IMG/VR virus record: IMGVR_UViG_3300036805_000137
Location: 1 to 64,000 of that record
Source: a virus
Taxonomy: Duplodnaviria; Caudoviricetes
DNA: 64,000 nt
Strand: one strand, 5' to 3'
Below, in pieces: positions 63,492 through 64,000 of this stretch (the stretch's first letter is position 1; every line of letters begins with the position of its first letter). A program made the position numbers and the translations under genes. The notes under the pieces are model-generated. The model saw nothing but the letters and a program-made list of their open reading frames with translations, was not told the DNA's origin and searched no databases.

Positions 63492-63719
63492 ATGGCATTG
63501 GACATCACCGGACGGCACCCAGCCACCCAGGCAGCATTGCGGAGGCTAGAGCCTAACCCGAAGTTATCGGCTATCCCCCGTGATGTTGCCGATAAATACT
63601 ACACGCTGGGCCTCTGGCTGGTAGAGGTATTGCCTGATGATCCTGACCTCGCGGACGGTTTACGCAAATTGTGGGAATCCAAGAATTGCGCAGTTTATTT
63701 GTCAGTTCGGGGCAGCTGA
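63492..63719 (+). CDS. Conserved small phage protein
   Basis: LPDDPDLADGLRKLWESKNCAV. Confidence 0.6.
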   Translation: MALDITGRHPATQAALRRLEPNPKLSAIPRDVADKYYTLGLWLVEVLPDDPDLADGLRKLWESKNCAVYLSVRGS

Positions 63720-64000
63720 TGGACGACTCATTGCGTCAATGGCAGGTTCTGTACGGTACGGGTGATGGCGGTTTGTGGTATGTGCTGCGCGGGCTCTACG
63801 GGCGCTTGCCGCCAGAGACATTAGAGGGTGCACCGCTGTTGGGTGATATTGCTGATGTCATGCGCAAAGTGCTGGATTTCCGCATGCGTGCTGTTGGTGT
63901 TCGGCGCAGTACGACACCTACCACCACAGCGAATGCTCTTGAGATTGCAGAGCGTGTACACGCTACGATGGCTGATGAGCTCGGTATCACCCCGGACTAC
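63719..64000 (+). CDS. Hypothetical protein running off the window end
   Basis: TGATG coupling; open frame MDDSLRQWQVLYG... to base 64000. Confidence 0.5.
   Translation, partial: MDDSLRQWQVLYGTGDGGLWYVLRGLYGRLPPETLEGAPLLGDIADVMRKVLDFRMRAVGVRRSTTPTTTANALEIAERVHATMADELGITPDY

Noticed and set aside
1-64000. Integrase/attP, CRISPR array, diversity-generating retroelement, DNA methyltransferase
   Set aside because: No recombinase catalytic motifs, regularly spaced repeat-spacer units, reverse transcriptase or methyltransferase motifs were recognised; lifestyle cannot be determined from this window

Overview
This window is a 64 kb internal piece of a GC-rich tailed (siphovirus-like) actinobacterial phage genome, open at both ends. 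The host is inferred from WhiB, Lsr2, SigA-like promoters and gene style. Left arm (1-15.6 kb, + strand): a short tape measure gene, minor tail genes, a long run of accessory virion or fibre genes, then a multi-gene lysis cassette. A strongly base-paired ~235-nt non-coding segment follows, leading into a + operon that ends in a cysteine-desulfurase-like gene. A mostly minus-strand early/regulatory region (18.9-28 kb) carries an SprT-like protein, an HTH protein, WhiB and Lsr2. Next comes an FtsK/TraB-like DNA translocase module resembling actinomycete conjugative elements, then many small accessory genes and a recombination/replication/nucleotide-metabolism block: Cas4-like exonuclease, SSB-like protein, SF2 helicases, RuvC-like resolvase, two MazG-like enzymes and DUF4406. 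The standout is a single 1839-aa ORF fusing an AEP primase-polymerase, a D5-like SF3 helicase, a 3'-5' exonuclease and a family A polymerase. Its inter-domain linker is read in frame across an iteron-rich, AT-rich candidate replication origin. The right end has a MetE-like gene and a packaging-type HNH gene, as expected just upstream of terminase/head genes. No integrase, tRNA, rRNA, CRISPR array or terminase/capsid gene was recognised. All family assignments come from motif recognition by eye, not database searches.
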